From Octopus vulgaris (lineage: Eukaryota), in NCBI GenBank assembly GCA_951406725.2, contig OX597816.1, positions 96,968,001-97,032,000 of the forward strand: 64,000 bases of DNA, written 5' to 3'. Shown here piece after piece: positions 13,250 to 27,188 of the stretch (the stretch's first letter is position 1; the number at the start of each line of letters is the position of its first letter). Both the position numbers and the translations under genes were made by a program. The notes under the pieces are model-generated. The model saw only the letters and a program-made list of their open reading frames with translations, was not told the origin of the DNA and ran no database searches.

Positions 13250-14755
13250 TTATGGGATGAAGAAGGCCTGGTACCTCAAAGTTGGATAGGTAAAATATGA
13301 GTATGTTTGGTATGCAGAAAATATGGAGAAACTGGCCAATGAAAGTATGAAACATTGGAATACTGAATTGATTGGAGGAAGAGAAAGGCTTGGGAAAGTA
13401 AACATCAGACCTGGTGTACTTCAAGGTCATAGCTTATCTCCATTAGTATTTGTATTGTCTATGATACCGCTTAGTTTAATATTACGAGAAGCCAAAATAG
13501 CTCATGCTTTGAGAAAAAGTATATAGACAGAGAAATCATCTCCTTTTAAGGATGATATAAAGCTTTACGCAAAAAAAATGCAAAGCAGCATACAAATCTT
13601 GTACATACTGTTCGATTTTTGTCAAATAATGTATGTATGGACTTCGGGACTGAAAAGTGCGCGATATTGAAAATGAAACGAAGATTTGAAGCCAAGGAAT
13701 TGAAATTTCAAATGGGCAAACAATGAAAGTGGTTGGGAAAGGATAGTGATATAAGTATTTGAGGCAGATGAAATAAAATAAGAAGAGATAAAACAACTTA
13801 CCAGTAGGAAGTATACAGGAGAGTGAGAGAAATATTGCAGTCAAGGTTGAATTCAAATAATGTTATCTAAGCGATAAATTGAAGAGCAGTGCCGCTTATC
13901 AGGTATTTAGCTGGAATAGTGAATATTTAGCTGGAATAATGACTTACAGAAACTTGACAGAAAAACTAGAAAACTGTGTAAGGAACCTACCGCCCGAAAG
14001 TTGATATTAACTGCTCGTACTTGAATACTGACAGGGTGGAAGAGATTTAATTGCTGTGGAAAAGTGTGTACGGATAACAAGTAAAAGCCTACTAGATTAT
14101 TTACAGAACAGGGCAGAGAAAATACTAAAGATAGTTAATAAAAAATAGATAACCAAGTGTGGAATAGGTGATAAGGACAAGAAGGAAATTCAAAGAGAAC
14201 ATGTTAGTAGATTGATGAGAAACTTTTGCATGGTCAATTTTGGAAGGAAACTAATGATGTATGTGGAACAAAATCCTGGGTTTGGCTGAAAAAAGAGTAA
14301 TTGAGAAAAGAAACAACAGAGTTTTATTATAGTACCTTGAGATCAAACGCTACAAACAGCTGGGAGAAAATGTGGGTGAGGGGAAAGTATTAGCAAAATG
14401 TAGAATATGTGGAATTTGGAATGAAACAATGGCACACGTTGTTGCTGAATGCTCCAAGTTGGCCCAAGGAGAATTTAAAAAATGGAGGTATGATGAAGTT
14501 GTAAAAGTATTGTACTGAAAGTTTTATCAGAAATGGGGGTTTGAAGCTGGAAGTACTTAGTATAGTCATCGAGCTGAAAGAGAGCGCTTGAATCGGAAAA
14601 ATGCAAGATTTTATGAGATTTTCCAATTCAAATGGATAAGAAGATAAAAAATAATAAGCCAGATATAATAACAATAGGCAAGAAAAAGCGAATTTGCTTA
14701 CTATTTGATTTATCATATCCGTTTGATACTAGGATTGTAAAGAAAGAGACGACTA
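13250..14755 (+). mobile_element. Decayed R4/Dong-like LINE: RT, CCHC and start of RLE endonuclease
   Basis: VNIRPGVLQGHSLSPLVF (RT motif B), NHLLFKDDIKLYAK (motif C, ~13534), CRICGIWNETMAHVVAEC (~14400), DFPIQMDK...KPDI (~14620); many stops and frameshifts. Confidence 0.85.
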
Positions 14756-15224
14756 TATCAACAATAATCGTGTACTATATATGATTCCTATACTCAAAAT
14801 ACAATGTTTAAAATGCACACACGAACATAAGGAACATATGAGAAGTTTGGACATACAAAGCTAAACAAAAATTTTCAATGTAAGACAAATGAAACAACAT
14901 TGAAATAAAATTCATTCGGTTTTAATACATTCAGTTATATCTCTGAATAAATCTATCAGCAGAGATAAAATCAGCAAAGTCGCAGCATAAATGTTTTGTT
15001 ATTTAGAAATCTCATCTCGAAAGTTTAACTCCCAATAAAAAGGCTAGTGTTTTATTCCTAGGGTCCAAAACATCATGTATAGAAACTCGAAGAAATATAG
15101 GAGACTATCGATGCATAAACCTTTGAAAATGCATGGTAATTTGTAATAAACAATACCAAGTTTCGAAAATTAATGTAGTGCAACAGGTAGAAAAAATATA
15201 TGTTAAAAGAAAAAAAGGGTTGAC

Positions 15225-15345
15225 GAAGGCCTTGTGAGCAGATTTGGTAGCTTGACAACCGATGTTGGTGTGTTTACGTCCCCGTAAGCTAACGATTCTG
15301 CGAAAGAGACTGATAAAATAAGTACTAGGCTTACAAAGAATAAGC
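15225..15345 (+). mobile_element. SINE fragment
   Basis: ccttgtgagcagatttggtag/cttgacaaccgatg...agtactaggcttacaaagaataag matches the SINE body. Confidence 0.7.
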
Positions 15346-15620
15346 TCTTTCCACTCACGAATAGACAAGAAGGAAAGCGAAAAGACATACAAATACAATC
15401 CTCTTACATATGAAATAGCCCGGCTACGGAAAATGAAGAAGGTGAAGGTAGTGTCAATTATTGTTGGGTCTTTGGGAACAGTATCAGAAGGCATCAAGAG
15501 GAATATAAAAGAAATTGGAATGTGTGTTTATTTTAATGGCCTACCAATGTATAAAGTGTGTTTCTCTGACCTAGGTGTCAGACACTCGACAAGAAATGGA
15601 AACATTATTGAAGGAAAATG
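15338..15620 (+). mobile_element. RLE C-terminal segment of the R4/Dong-like LINE (copy 1)
   Basis: KYNPLTYEIARLRKMKKVKVVSIIVGSLGTV; followed by (GAT)n(AAT)n. Confidence 0.75.
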
Positions 15621-15659
15621 ATGATGATGATGATGATGATGATGATAATGATAATAATG

Positions 15660-15736
<77 letters not shown>
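15619..15736. repeat. (GAT)n-(AAT)n microsatellite
   Basis: Direct reading. Confidence 0.95.
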
Positions 15737-15738
<2 letters not shown>

Positions 15739-16889
15739 AATTGTTGTATACTGTGTTCAGGTTCACTACAACTAAAAAAATGAGGAAGACCTAATAGAAA
15801 AAAGTGAAAGAAATTGATGTAGAGTACAAGAAGAAAATGTAATAGGACCCTACAAATATTTCTGCTCATGATAAGAAGCTTCCGAATTATCAACACACCA
15901 AAGGATCTCAACTATATAACAGTTTTGACACTATTGAAGAACTCGGGATTTTCCACTGTCTTTTAAACTCACATCAAGGCTTGTTGAATATGACCAATAA
16001 AAAGTAATTAATCTATTATATTAACAACCATGGAATTCTCACAGGAAAAGTCTGAAATTAAAGTAGAGCTATAAGGGAAAATATTGATGTCACATTTTCC
16101 AACCGTTGTGAACAATTTCACATAGTTCATATATCTAGGAACTGCTAATATATCCGTGAATATATAAGGAAATATCTCTGCGGTAAACAAATTCAGCTTG
16201 AATGGTGTAACACATTCAACATTTGCGATAAATGAAGTAAACATCGCTATTAGATATAATGAGAAAGATGTCTAGAATTACGATATAGTAGACAACTGCC
16301 ACTTATAATGAACATTCATGTCATGAAACAGTATGTCGTATTTTATCAGGATGTCTCATAATGAATCCTTTGAGACAATAACAAATCTAACCTCTATTCA
16401 TTTCCTAGCTACAGAATTTCAACTGGTTCCAGGAAAAAGCTCCCTGATATTCATATGAATCTTCATTTGTCTTAGGAAATGATTATATCAAAATACCAGG
16501 AAACTTAAGCTTACAGACAGACCGCAAGATATCACATAAAACACGTTTGATGTTATTATGTATGACAAGTCCGATAGTGTATTAATTTATCGATTTAGCT
16601 CAACTAGGAAACTATAATGTGCAGAAGCACATTGAAAAGAAAAGTTGAAATCATATCATACTGCAGTTACCGAATATGACCCTATATATAATGGTGAAAA
16701 AGGACAGACAAACAACTATTTCGGATTACCTATAAGGATAGCCATAGACACTTTCCAGAAAATAGCGATATTTGTTAGTTTAGATATTGCTTGTACGTTG
16801 TCACACAGCATTAAAAAATTTTTTTGAATAACTTTCCCTTGAAAGCGTTTGTTAATTTTAAACATTTTCTTTGAATCTGAAACAAGTAA

Positions 16890-17494
16890 GCGTGTGTGAT
16901 AAGAAGTCTGCATCCCAACCGTGACACTGCGGGGCACCTTCAAGTGTCTTCTGCTATAGACCCGAGCCGACTAAAGTTTTGTGAGTAGATTTGGTAGAGA
17001 GAAATTGAGAGAAAACAATAAGCTCTTTCCACTCACGAATAGACAAGAAGGAAAGCGAAAAGACACACAAATACAATCCTCTTACATATGAAATAGCCCG
17101 GCTACGGAAAATGAAGAAGGTGAAAGTAGTGTCAATTATTGTTGGGTCCTTGGGAACAGTATCAGAAGGCATCAAGAGGAATATAAAAGAAATTGGAATG
17201 TGTGTTTATTTTAATGGCCTACCAATGTATAAAGTGCGTTTCTCTGACCTAGGTGTCAGACACTCGGCAAGAAATGGAAACATTATTGAAAGAAAATGGT
17301 GTCCTGTACTCATATATGCGTGTATATGTACATGTAGAGGTAGGTACGTACATATATGTTTATATATATGCATATGTTTTATTTTATTTATTAATATATA
17401 TATATATATATATAATATTAATACTATAAAATTGGATTCAATCCTAAATCTGATTTTCCCTGTAAATTTGGATTTATTCCCTAATATTTATTAT

Positions 17495-17548
<54 letters not shown>

Positions 17549-17830
17549 GTCTATATATATATATGTACTTGTGTGTGTATGTATATGTATGTGTGTATGT
17601 GTGTGTGTGAGTGTATGTGTATGTATTTATGTATGTATGTGTCTGTTTCCAAACTCCTTGACAACCGATGCTAGTTTGTTTATGTTTTCATAACTTAGCG
17701 ATTCGGCAAAAGAATCTGACTAAATAAGTACCAGGTATAAAAAAATTTTCTGGGGTCTACTTGTTCAACTAAAGTCTTCAATGTATTGCCATGGTATGAC
17801 CGCAGTCCAATGACTGAAACAAGTAAAATA
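16890..17830 (+). mobile_element. SINE split by insertions (head 16890-17015, tail 17657-17830)
   Basis: Head and tail match the 8861 copy. Confidence 0.65.
17017..17299 (+). repeat. Near-identical second copy of 15338-15620
   Basis: aataagctctttccactcacg...cattattgaaagaaaatg; identical translation except for a few residues. Confidence 0.9.
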
Positions 17831-18293
17831 TAAATGTTGAAAGATGTTTGCGTAAGTTTTCCAAGATGTATCTAATTCTTGATTTAAGAACAAACAACAT
17901 TTCTTAAAGTATTTCTGAAACCACAAGAAATAAAAATATTAAGAATGGAAAAAAATAACATGTGCAAAAAGATTAAAAACTACATCATGATTTAAAACTC
18001 AAAACTATCCCGAAATAGCTCTCATAAGCACTGACCACGTTCTACGTGGAGTATATTTATTCGTTCAAAGTTAATGATCCAGTATGTCGGTATTCAGATT
18101 TTCTTTCTTCGACCATTCCTTCAGGCGACAAAAAGATGAATCTCACATAGAGAGAAATTCTGATTAGAGACGGTGTGAATTTTCGGTTTCGAACAAAAAT
18201 ACACACGCATACACACACTTATGCGCACACACGCACATATACCCATACATAAATATATGTATATACATTCATTTATACGTATACATACATATG

Positions 18294-18346
<53 letters not shown>

Positions 18347-18416
18347 GCATATATATATATATAATACACACATACATACATACATATATGCATACATACA
18401 TACATGCATACATACT

Positions 18417-18449
<33 letters not shown>

Positions 18450-18769
18450 GCACACAATACAAATAAAATTTTGTGGAGGGGTGCGCGTGTGAGCGTGTGT
18501 ATGCGTGTATTATGTAGCAGGTAAACAAGATTACAGATCTAGACCTACATGTTTCTTGGAATTATTACAACAGCTTGATCACCAATACGAAGACTGGCAC
18601 AAGTACTACTACCACCATTATCATTTCTACTAGCAATATTATCACTACAAGTGTAGTCTCCATGCAACCAATTACAGGGTGTAACACAAACACCTTAGGT
18701 TCACCATATTTGTTAAACATTTTCTAATGCAAACACACCGTGTGTAGCAGTTGAAACTAAAAAATAATC

Positions 18770-19222
18770 TTTCTGCTATTGGCGCCAGGCCTGACATTTT
18801 TATATCAAACCCAGTGTTCAAGTGCTAATTATTTTATCGACATTGAAATAATGAGAGCAAAGTCGAGTTCAGCGAATTTCAACTCAGAATGTAAACTTTG
18901 AACTCAGAGACGAAATGTCGCTAAGCTTTTTGTCCGGCATTCTAACGATTCCCCCAACTTGTCAAACCATAACCGCTCTTTCTACTATAGACACATGATC
19001 TGTGATTTTACTGAATGGGGCTAGCGGATTAGGTCGACCTCAGTAATCAACTGGTACATATTTCATCGACCCTGAAAAGATGAAAGGAAAAATCGACTCG
19101 GTGGAATTTAAATTCAGGACATAAAGACAGACGTCGTCAAGCCATAAAACTGATTCAAATTTCTACACTAGGCTAGCAGTTTCGAGGTAGGGAATGTGTT
19201 CAACTGGTACTTGTTTTATCGA
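18770..19222 (-). mobile_element. Tandem decayed copies of a second SINE family
   Basis: Repeated tttct(g/a)cta...tcgaccc...aagtcga...aactcagaa; reverse complement of the 35161 element. Confidence 0.6.
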
Positions 19223-19227
19223 ATTCG

Positions 19228-19578
19228 TGTAAAATAGTCACAGGTAAAAAATCACAGGGAAAAAGCCACATGTAATGCCATCATATATAGATAGTGTTGT
19301 CTGTATGTCCAAGTCATGTATTGCCAGTTAATAACTGATTTAAGATATTTTCTGCTTTATTACTTTAATTGTTTATGGTACTTTAATAAATTGTGACTGA
19401 ATTGTTTGATTACCTGACTTTCTTAGACAAAATTGTGACTTTTTTCTGTGACTTTTTTCCTGTGATTTTATTCCCGGCCACCATAAATTAATTGTGACTT
19501 TTTCCCCACTGACTTCTTTTCTTAGCCAAAATTGTGACTTTTTTCTGTGGCTTTTTTTCCCCTGTAACTTTATTACCG
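19228..19578. mobile_element. Non-autonomous DNA transposon-like element with subterminal ~15-bp repeats in inverted orientation
   Basis: Left: aaatagtcacagg/aaaaatcacagg/aaaagccaca. Right: tgtgactttttt repeated, ending cctgtaactttattaccg. Confidence 0.55.
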
Positions 19579-19734
19579 TTTGCTCAATTGAAAGGCATGG
19601 CCTCTAGTGCCAAATTCCTCATCTTTTAAAATGTGGCCCGCGCAGACCCGTATGAAATCGGGTTATAATACCGAAACAAGTAAAACAATAATAAATTATT
19701 TTAATCCCGAGCAACGCACGGTATATCTGTCTTA

Positions 19735-20241
19735 TCTAGAAAATGATGAAGGCGAACGTTGATACAAATTGGATTTGTATGTGAAAAGGGATCTAAATGG
19801 GGCTGGAAGGGGATTAAAATTTACAGGAGGGGGCAACTTGAGGTGAGAATTGATTGGGAGACGTTTTGGGGCGCTACAGTGGTTGTGTTGCTGTGAAAAC
19901 GGGGATTTTATTGATTTTTGAGCACACTTGGGGTGTGTAGATTGGACACCTTTTCCTCGATTTCAATCAAATTCTCAACTTGGTAAAGTGGAATCGGATT
20001 TGTAGTTAAAGCGCGGGAATCTAAGTTTTTATAAATGGGGGAGAAATAGTTAGAGAAAAATAGAGAGTAAGAAAAAGCGAGGGAGAGTCTGAGATAAAGG
20101 AAGAGTAAGAGAGTGGGAAAGTGAGAGAGAAAGGAGAGAGAAACAAAGAGGGAGAATGTGGCGATAAGAAACAGAAAGGAAGCAACAGAAAGTAACAACC
20201 ACACCCTCACCCACGCGAAGAGCAGGTCACCTTAAGCTAGT
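19735..20241 (+). mobile_element. Non-autonomous Helitron-like 3' portion
   Basis: Ends cgcgaagagcaggtcaccttaagCTAGt; shares ~280 bp with 20688-20965. Confidence 0.55.
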
Positions 20242-21020
20242 CTATATATATAAAAGAAGCTTTGGATCAAAATTGTCTGCACATTTTACTACATCAGAGG
20301 TTGGCGGCGAGACCAGTGGTCGGATCGACCTGAAAATTGACACAGGCATAGAAGGCATAATGAGGCAGAGAATTGAGTAGGTTAATCTCGCTATCTGCAA
20401 AGATGCGGTTACTATGGAGAGAAGAGTGATTTTTTATCGATTCAAGGGGGCTCTAAGCCCATTCAGATTGGCATCTAACGCCCAACGACATGCACTTTGG
20501 GCTGTTGTGCTTTATAATCATGCATTTTGTCGCAAATTCAGTCTACTAAGCAAAGATTTTTCATTGTGAAAAAACGAGTGCTTTTTGCTCTCATTTTCAT
20601 TCAAATTTTTTTCTGATCACATTGTAAGCCTTGTCAGAAAAAATAATTACGTCTGCATGTAGCCCTTGAGAAGGGCTATAATCTAATCTCTAAAATGAAG
20701 AAGGCGAACGTTGATACAAATTGGATTTTTATGCAAAAAGTGGTCTAAATGGGACTGGAAGGGGATTAAAAGTTACAGGAGGGGGTAACTTGAGGTGAGA
20801 AATTAATTGGGAGAAGTTTTGGGGAGCTACAGTGATTGCTTTGCTGTGAAAACGGGGATTTTATTGATTTTTGGGGACACTTGGGGGTCTAGCTTGGACA
20901 CCTTTTGCCCGATTTCAATCAAATTTTCAACATGGTAAAGTGGAATCGGATTTGTAATTTAAGCGCATGTTTCAAATCAGGTTTGCTTGCAAATGATCAG
21001 CAATGGCGAGCAACACTAGT
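20241..21020 (+). mobile_element. Non-autonomous Helitron-like element
   Basis: Starts TCtatatatataaaa, has the cggatcgacctgaaaattgacac motif, ends gcgagcaacaCTAGt. Confidence 0.6.
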
Positions 21021-21049
21021 AGTTTCAATATAAAAAGCAACAATTAGTT

Positions 21050-21610
21050 GAACTGTGTAATAAGTTCTGAAATGATCTTGCTGAAGATTTCAAGCATCAA
21101 GTTCAGTTGAGTAATCCTGAGCAAATTATTGGTTTCACTGATGTTATATACAATGCAGCTTTGATTGAAATAGAAGATCACATTATTTCGATGGGATGTG
21201 AACCTATAGAACATTTATAGAGGGGCCTTAACAGTCTGTTCACTGAAATAATGAGGGACATTTCCTATGATATGGAGGAACTGAACATGTACATAAATGA
21301 TAATCATCCTAAGCTTCTTCGTGATGAACGTCATGAATGTACCACTGTCATAAAAGTATTAACAATAACATCGGCGGACTTTATTTTTTTGATACTCCAA
21401 GTGGTACAGCGCAACATTTGTAAATAAACTCCTCTTAGCTAAAGTTCGTCAAGAAAATAAAATAGCTTTAGCTCCTGCTACTTCTGGGATTTCAGCAACA
21501 TTACTATCCAGAGGTCGAACTGCCCATTCAACATTCAAGTTACCTTTAGATTTATCTAACAAAGACTATCGGTTTGTAATACATCCAAAAATTCTGGAAT
21601 TCTGAAGTGA
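21050..21610 (+). pseudogene. PIF1-family helicase fragment (Helitron RepHel)
   Basis: GGLYFFDTPSGT.. (decayed Walker A), then LLLAKVRQENKIALAPATSGISATLLSRGRTAHSTFKLPLDL at ~21375-21555, frameshifted. Confidence 0.85.
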
Positions 21611-21645
21611 CTAATACAAAGACGTCACTTAATTGTAGTTGTACA

Positions 21646-21785
<140 letters not shown>

Positions 21786-22284
21786 TAACAATATAACGAT
21801 GTTTGAAAAGTAATCAACGCGTTATATGTATGTTAGCATATGATATTCGTTCGATGGGTTTGAATTGGTCTCAGCTTTCCTCAACGGAAATATATAAATA
21901 TTTCTAACAATTGGAAACTTTGTTGTACTAGTACTAGGTTGCTTATTCTAGCGCACAGTGGAACCTCCTAGAACAAACAATGCAAATAGAAATTGAGAAC
22001 TTTTAGGAAGTTTGTTTGATAATAACAAAGTTTAAAATGATATCAGAGGAAATTAGGCCAAGTCGACAGTAAATCATATAATTCATTGGCATTTTTAGTC
22101 ATTTTTTATGGAACTATCCGGGATATATATTGTAGTTTGCGGTTGGCATTCACACGTCTTGGATTAGTAATAAAATATCACATAAAAACTATCCGTATTG
22201 ATCTTTGGCAGTAATATAATATGGAGCTATAAAAAAATAGAAGGGTCGATACAAGTGGGCAACAGTAATATTACCTTGTGTATG

Positions 22285-22354
<70 letters not shown>

Positions 22355-22637
22355 CTACTAGTTCTGTAATTATTGTTCACAATTATTTTAGTGTCTTTCA
22401 GTCAGATGCATTTGTGTGGCCATGCGGGAGCACACTATCTTCAACAGTATAGTCGGTTATATCTACACCATTACTTAAGCAGTATTAGTTTCATTGACAA
22501 CTGAGTTGTAATAAAACACATCTAGACAGGACTGAGATTAGAAATCATATCGCACACACACGCGCGCATAATCTCTATGTATATGTCTATGTGCCCTATA
22601 TATGTATAAATGTATGTGTGTATATATTTATTATTTG

Positions 22638-22697
<60 letters not shown>

Positions 22698-22706
<9 letters not shown>

Positions 22707-22850
22707 TCTGCCTTAGCGAAGTCGGAGGTATTGTCTCCAGTCGTATTTGTTTGTTTGTTTGTTTGACTTTGGACAAGATATCTCAAGAACTTCAAGATGG
22801 ATTCGGATGAAACTTTCAGGGATGTTTGATCACGTGACTGGCACGGCAGC
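22698..22850 (+). mobile_element. DINE-1/HINE-like (Helentron-associated) element 5' end following (TTA)n
   Basis: Hairpin tacctctgccttagcgaagtcggaggta, then (GTTT)n, then gatggattcggatgaaactttcaggg. Confidence 0.6.
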
Positions 22851-23989
22851 AAAACCGGTCAGAAAGTAAATAACATTAACATATTCAGTAATAATAATAA
22901 TTTAATTTATTCTGGACAATTTTTAGTTTTACCAATTTTAAATATATCGCTCCTGTTTAAAACATCTTACCTACTTGACAATTGCATTTCTAGCGCTGCC
23001 TTGAAGGAAGCTTTACTTCCTGGACTCACGCTTTTGTGCTCAACGATGTTGTTAAACCTCAGTTAACAGCACCGTACGCAGTTCATTTCTGCTTTCTTTC
23101 ACGAACGAATAAATTTTTCACTATAGACCTCAATGGTCGTAATGACACTATACCAGTGACTAAAAAAGGCCTTCATAGAGAAAACTGTCCCTTTTCTCCT
23201 GTATTCCCCCCGTCTCTCTTTCTTACTTTTTCTCTCTGTCTCTCACCTTTCCTTCCTCATTTGTCTCCCTTATTTCTTCCTACTATGTCCCTCTCTCTCT
23301 CCGTTACTCTATCGCTCCGTTTTCATGTTTGCTCTCTCGTATTCCTATATCCCTTACCCCCCTTATTCTTCAATACCTTTACTTACCTTCCTCACTTCCC
23401 TTGTACATTTTTCTTTCTCTTCTTCTCCCTCTCATTCTTTAGTTCATCTGATTTCTTTCACTGCTCTCCTATTCCTTAGTTCCTCTGCCTTCTTCAGTTG
23501 CTTCCCCCTCCTACCACGTGATAGCTGTCCGGTTAAGGCATTGTTGTCATTTTTCGACCAGCCACCCTTTACGCTGGTCGCGCCCGTCTGTTAAGATTTT
23601 CCATTTTCCGATTTTTCCTTTGCGCCAGCCTACTACTGATAGTTGAAAGATCCTTTTTGTTATTTATTATTGTTGTAATTGAACAATTATTTTCCTTCTG
23701 CTGTATAGCCGAAAAGCGTTTGTCCCTTGTATATGTATAATTCTTTTTCTGTTGCATTTGCATTATTATTTCACAACGTTTGGTTCGTCCGATAGTAGAA
23801 AAACCCTTTCTATTATTTACTTGTTTGTATTCGTATATTCTTTTACTTGCTAAAGTCATTTAACTCTGGCAAGAATTGCAGGAATTTTTTTCCTTCTATT
23901 GTATAGGCGAAAGACGTTCTGTCGTATGCGTACAATTCTAGCTTTCTCGTTTTTGTTTCTGTTCCTCTTTTCCTATTTGTATACATTCG

Positions 23990-24300
23990 TTTGCCTTTCC
24001 AAAAAGCTTAATGCTTGTTCCTGGCACGCGCCAGATTCGAGTAGTATCGGATTTAAAGGGGCGAATCTACAAGTTTCGATTTTGTTTCCCCAGTATAATG
24101 TTCATTGCATCATGGGCATGTGATACAATATATCAAGTTTTTGCTCTTACAGTTAATATTTGCATTCACCTTTAATTTTTTTCTATTCTTGAATTTTTTG
24201 GCTGGTCCCTGTTCAATTAAATCACATGTCCCACATCGGGGGTTTCCACATTTTGTAACTTTCATCATTTCTTCCTCTGATCCAAATCTTATCAAGGAAT
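23990..24300 (-). mobile_element. PLE remnant: Cys-rich linker and GIY-YIG start (Neptune-like)
   Basis: KCGNPRCGTCDLI...NCKSKNLIYCITCP, then after a frameshift NEHYTGET. Confidence 0.75.
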
Positions 24301-24503
24301 GTATATATGTATTTTAATACTTTTCTGACAAACAGTACTTAACGCAACAAAGTTTATACAAAGCTTTACGTTTTATTTTTGACAATATTTTTCTAAAAAG
24401 ATGAAACCGGTCAAGTGAAGAAATATTTTAAAAATTGCATTTTCAAACTTTCTTTCATATATATTTCCACTCATGCGATACCTTACAACTTCACTTTGTT
24501 ATG

Positions 24504-24643
<140 letters not shown>

Positions 24644-24666
24644 ATTATATATATATATATATTTAT

Positions 24667-24736
<70 letters not shown>

Positions 24737-24944
24737 AGGGACCTACATATATCATCATTAAGTTCCTATTTACATACATGTTTAGAATGGCGAAAAATTA
24801 AATTCTACTTATAATTTTAGTTATAATTATAAGAGTTATTAATTTAATTTACTTTGAAATACTTAAAGATATCTATTATGAAGTATTGATATGACAGCCT
24901 GTTAATTATAACAATAATAAAACATCATTTATATCTTGTAAATA

Positions 24945-26170
24945 TATATTTATTTTTATGTAGACAAGAAGTATTTTTCATCCCTCAGGTTAAGTAAAGG
25001 AAACGTAGTCATTAAAATAAATAATTTCTCATTCAAACAAAGAAGGCACTTTTTATATCTTATATTGTAACTAGGTGCAGTCACCAAGATTTCCCATTCA
25101 GGATGAAAATTAATTGTTTCATCTATAAGTTCTCAAATGAATTTACTTAGACCCGTTGAATTCTGTCTTTCCCTATTCCGAAATGTATATAAATGTGTTG
25201 AATGACGCTTCTTCATTTCACTTTTAGTTGATCCAATATAAATATATGTATTACTAATTTTTGTGGTTACTTTACATTGATGTACTACATTTTTCAACTT
25301 ATATAAATTTATAACCATACAGTTATATATATTTTACAATCACATATTTTATAAGAACTATTATTTATATTAGCTGAGGAGGAGACTTTACATGTTACTG
25401 ATTTCCGACCGTTCTAATTAATATTATGTCTATTAATGGAATACCTAGTAGTATTACTACTATCTACTACACTGACCCTGGCATTAGGGGAGTTATTATT
25501 AACATATTTTCTATTTTAATAAAATGAATCTAATTTTTTTTATTATTTATAGAAGCTATAATAGTAGCTAAGTTATAAGTTAAACTATATCCAATCTTTA
25601 TTTTTTTGCTAATAATTTCATAATATTTATTTCTATTGAAATGGTTATTAATTAGCCTATAAATACATTTCACCAACTTAGCTTTTATTTCAATGGCATA
25701 TAGGATTATAAGCCATATTATCTTATTAGTATCTACTTTACTATTACTGAAGCCCCTAAAATTATTTTTATTCATTAAGTAGATATTATTTTAAATCTTA
25801 TTCGGTTTCTTTATGTATCTAAGATTTTTAGTATTATCATTAGATTTTGTATTATTATCCCTTTTATCAAATTTACCCATGTTATTATAATTTTTTCATC
25901 TTTACTATATTGTAATTTATTCTTATACCCTGCTTTACTTAAAGTCAAATCATATTCGTCTTTATGTCTATTAAATATATATTCATTATAAGATAAATAT
26001 GAAATTCTCTTACCAATATTATATATACTACTGCTTATTCTTTTGAAGGTAGGTGATCGCTTTGATGATTTATATATTTTAATTTATAATTTGGTTTCAT
26101 ATATGGGTCATGTATTTTAGATGATAAATTGCAGTTCACATCTAAGTAATTTATTGGATTATACTATATC
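24945..26170 (-). mobile_element. Naiad-like PLE remnant (RT thumb to GIY-YIG end)
   Basis: INYLDVNCNLSSKIHDPYMKPN (~26150-26090); KIIW...RLINNHF...KIGYSLTYNLATIIASINNK; LKNVVHQCKV...YIGSTKSEMKKRHSTHLYTF...TGLSKFI; terminal Cys motifs at ~25050-24950. Confidence 0.8.
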
Positions 26171-26541
26171 CTTTTTCTATAGATAGACCAAATCATTTTA
26201 CAATTTAAATACTCATTTCTTTATGAGTTCTAGGCATCTTCTATCAGCTGTCTTCTTAACAATTTGCTTATTCTTGAAAAACATCGTTTTATTAATGAAG
26301 CGGCAACAGCTGTAATTTACGAGGTGTGTCATTTGTTTTATAAAATATTTAAATTGAATTGAATTTATAATTGTTCAATTTATTGTTTTGTTTTCCATTT
26401 CTTATTCATATTTATATATTAATAAACTGTATATTTATTTTTTATTCACGTATTGGAATAACATTGTTATTGATATAGCTAATATAAAGCAGTAAATTCT
26501 TTGGATATTTAATATCCCTTAGGTGAATTTCACAGCTAGCT

Positions 26542-26701
<160 letters not shown>

Positions 26702-26865
26702 CATAACATACATACATACATATAGGTTTCTATATATAATACACGCACGCACGGACACACACACATGCACACACACGCGCACACACATATATATATATAA
26801 CTACACTTGGACGGTTGCTGATTTCCCCTCCCTCTTCCTGTTCTTTGGGCTTTCCTATGTTACCT

Positions 26866-26900
26866 GTTTCCGAAGAAGAGCTTTACTCGAAACGTAAAAC
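26866..26900 (+). ncRNA. Minimal type I hammerhead motif (U4C variant)
   Basis: gttt-CCGAAGA-a-gag-cttta-ctc-GAAAC-GTA-aaac; stem I gttt/aaac. Confidence 0.6.
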
Positions 26901-27035
26901 AATGGTTCTTTTTTACCTTCTCTGAGCGTCTTCTTAATATTTTGGATGTACCACGTCCTCGCGCTGTTGTTTGTTTTCTCTTGTTGCCTTTCTTCCTCCA
27001 TTTTTTAATTAAATATTAGAAATATATATATATTA

Positions 27036-27107
<72 letters not shown>

Positions 27108-27134
27108 TTTGGAAATGGATGCGTCGTGTTCAAT

Positions 27135-27184
<50 letters not shown>

Positions 27185-27188
<4 letters not shown>

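Noticed and set aside
12159-13430. Long ORFs with poly-D/K/R/S/M runs
   Set aside because: Translations of triplet microsatellites plus a SINE; open in several frames on both strands
24320-24416. Hammerhead (ctgacaa...GAAACCGGTC) and a similar trace at 40820-40858
   Set aside because: Core mismatched without compensation and stem II unconvincing; at most decayed relics
25125-25145. In-frame TGA as selenocysteine in the Naiad-like relic
   Set aside because: Falls at an expected Trp position in a copy full of disablements; simple decay is more likely
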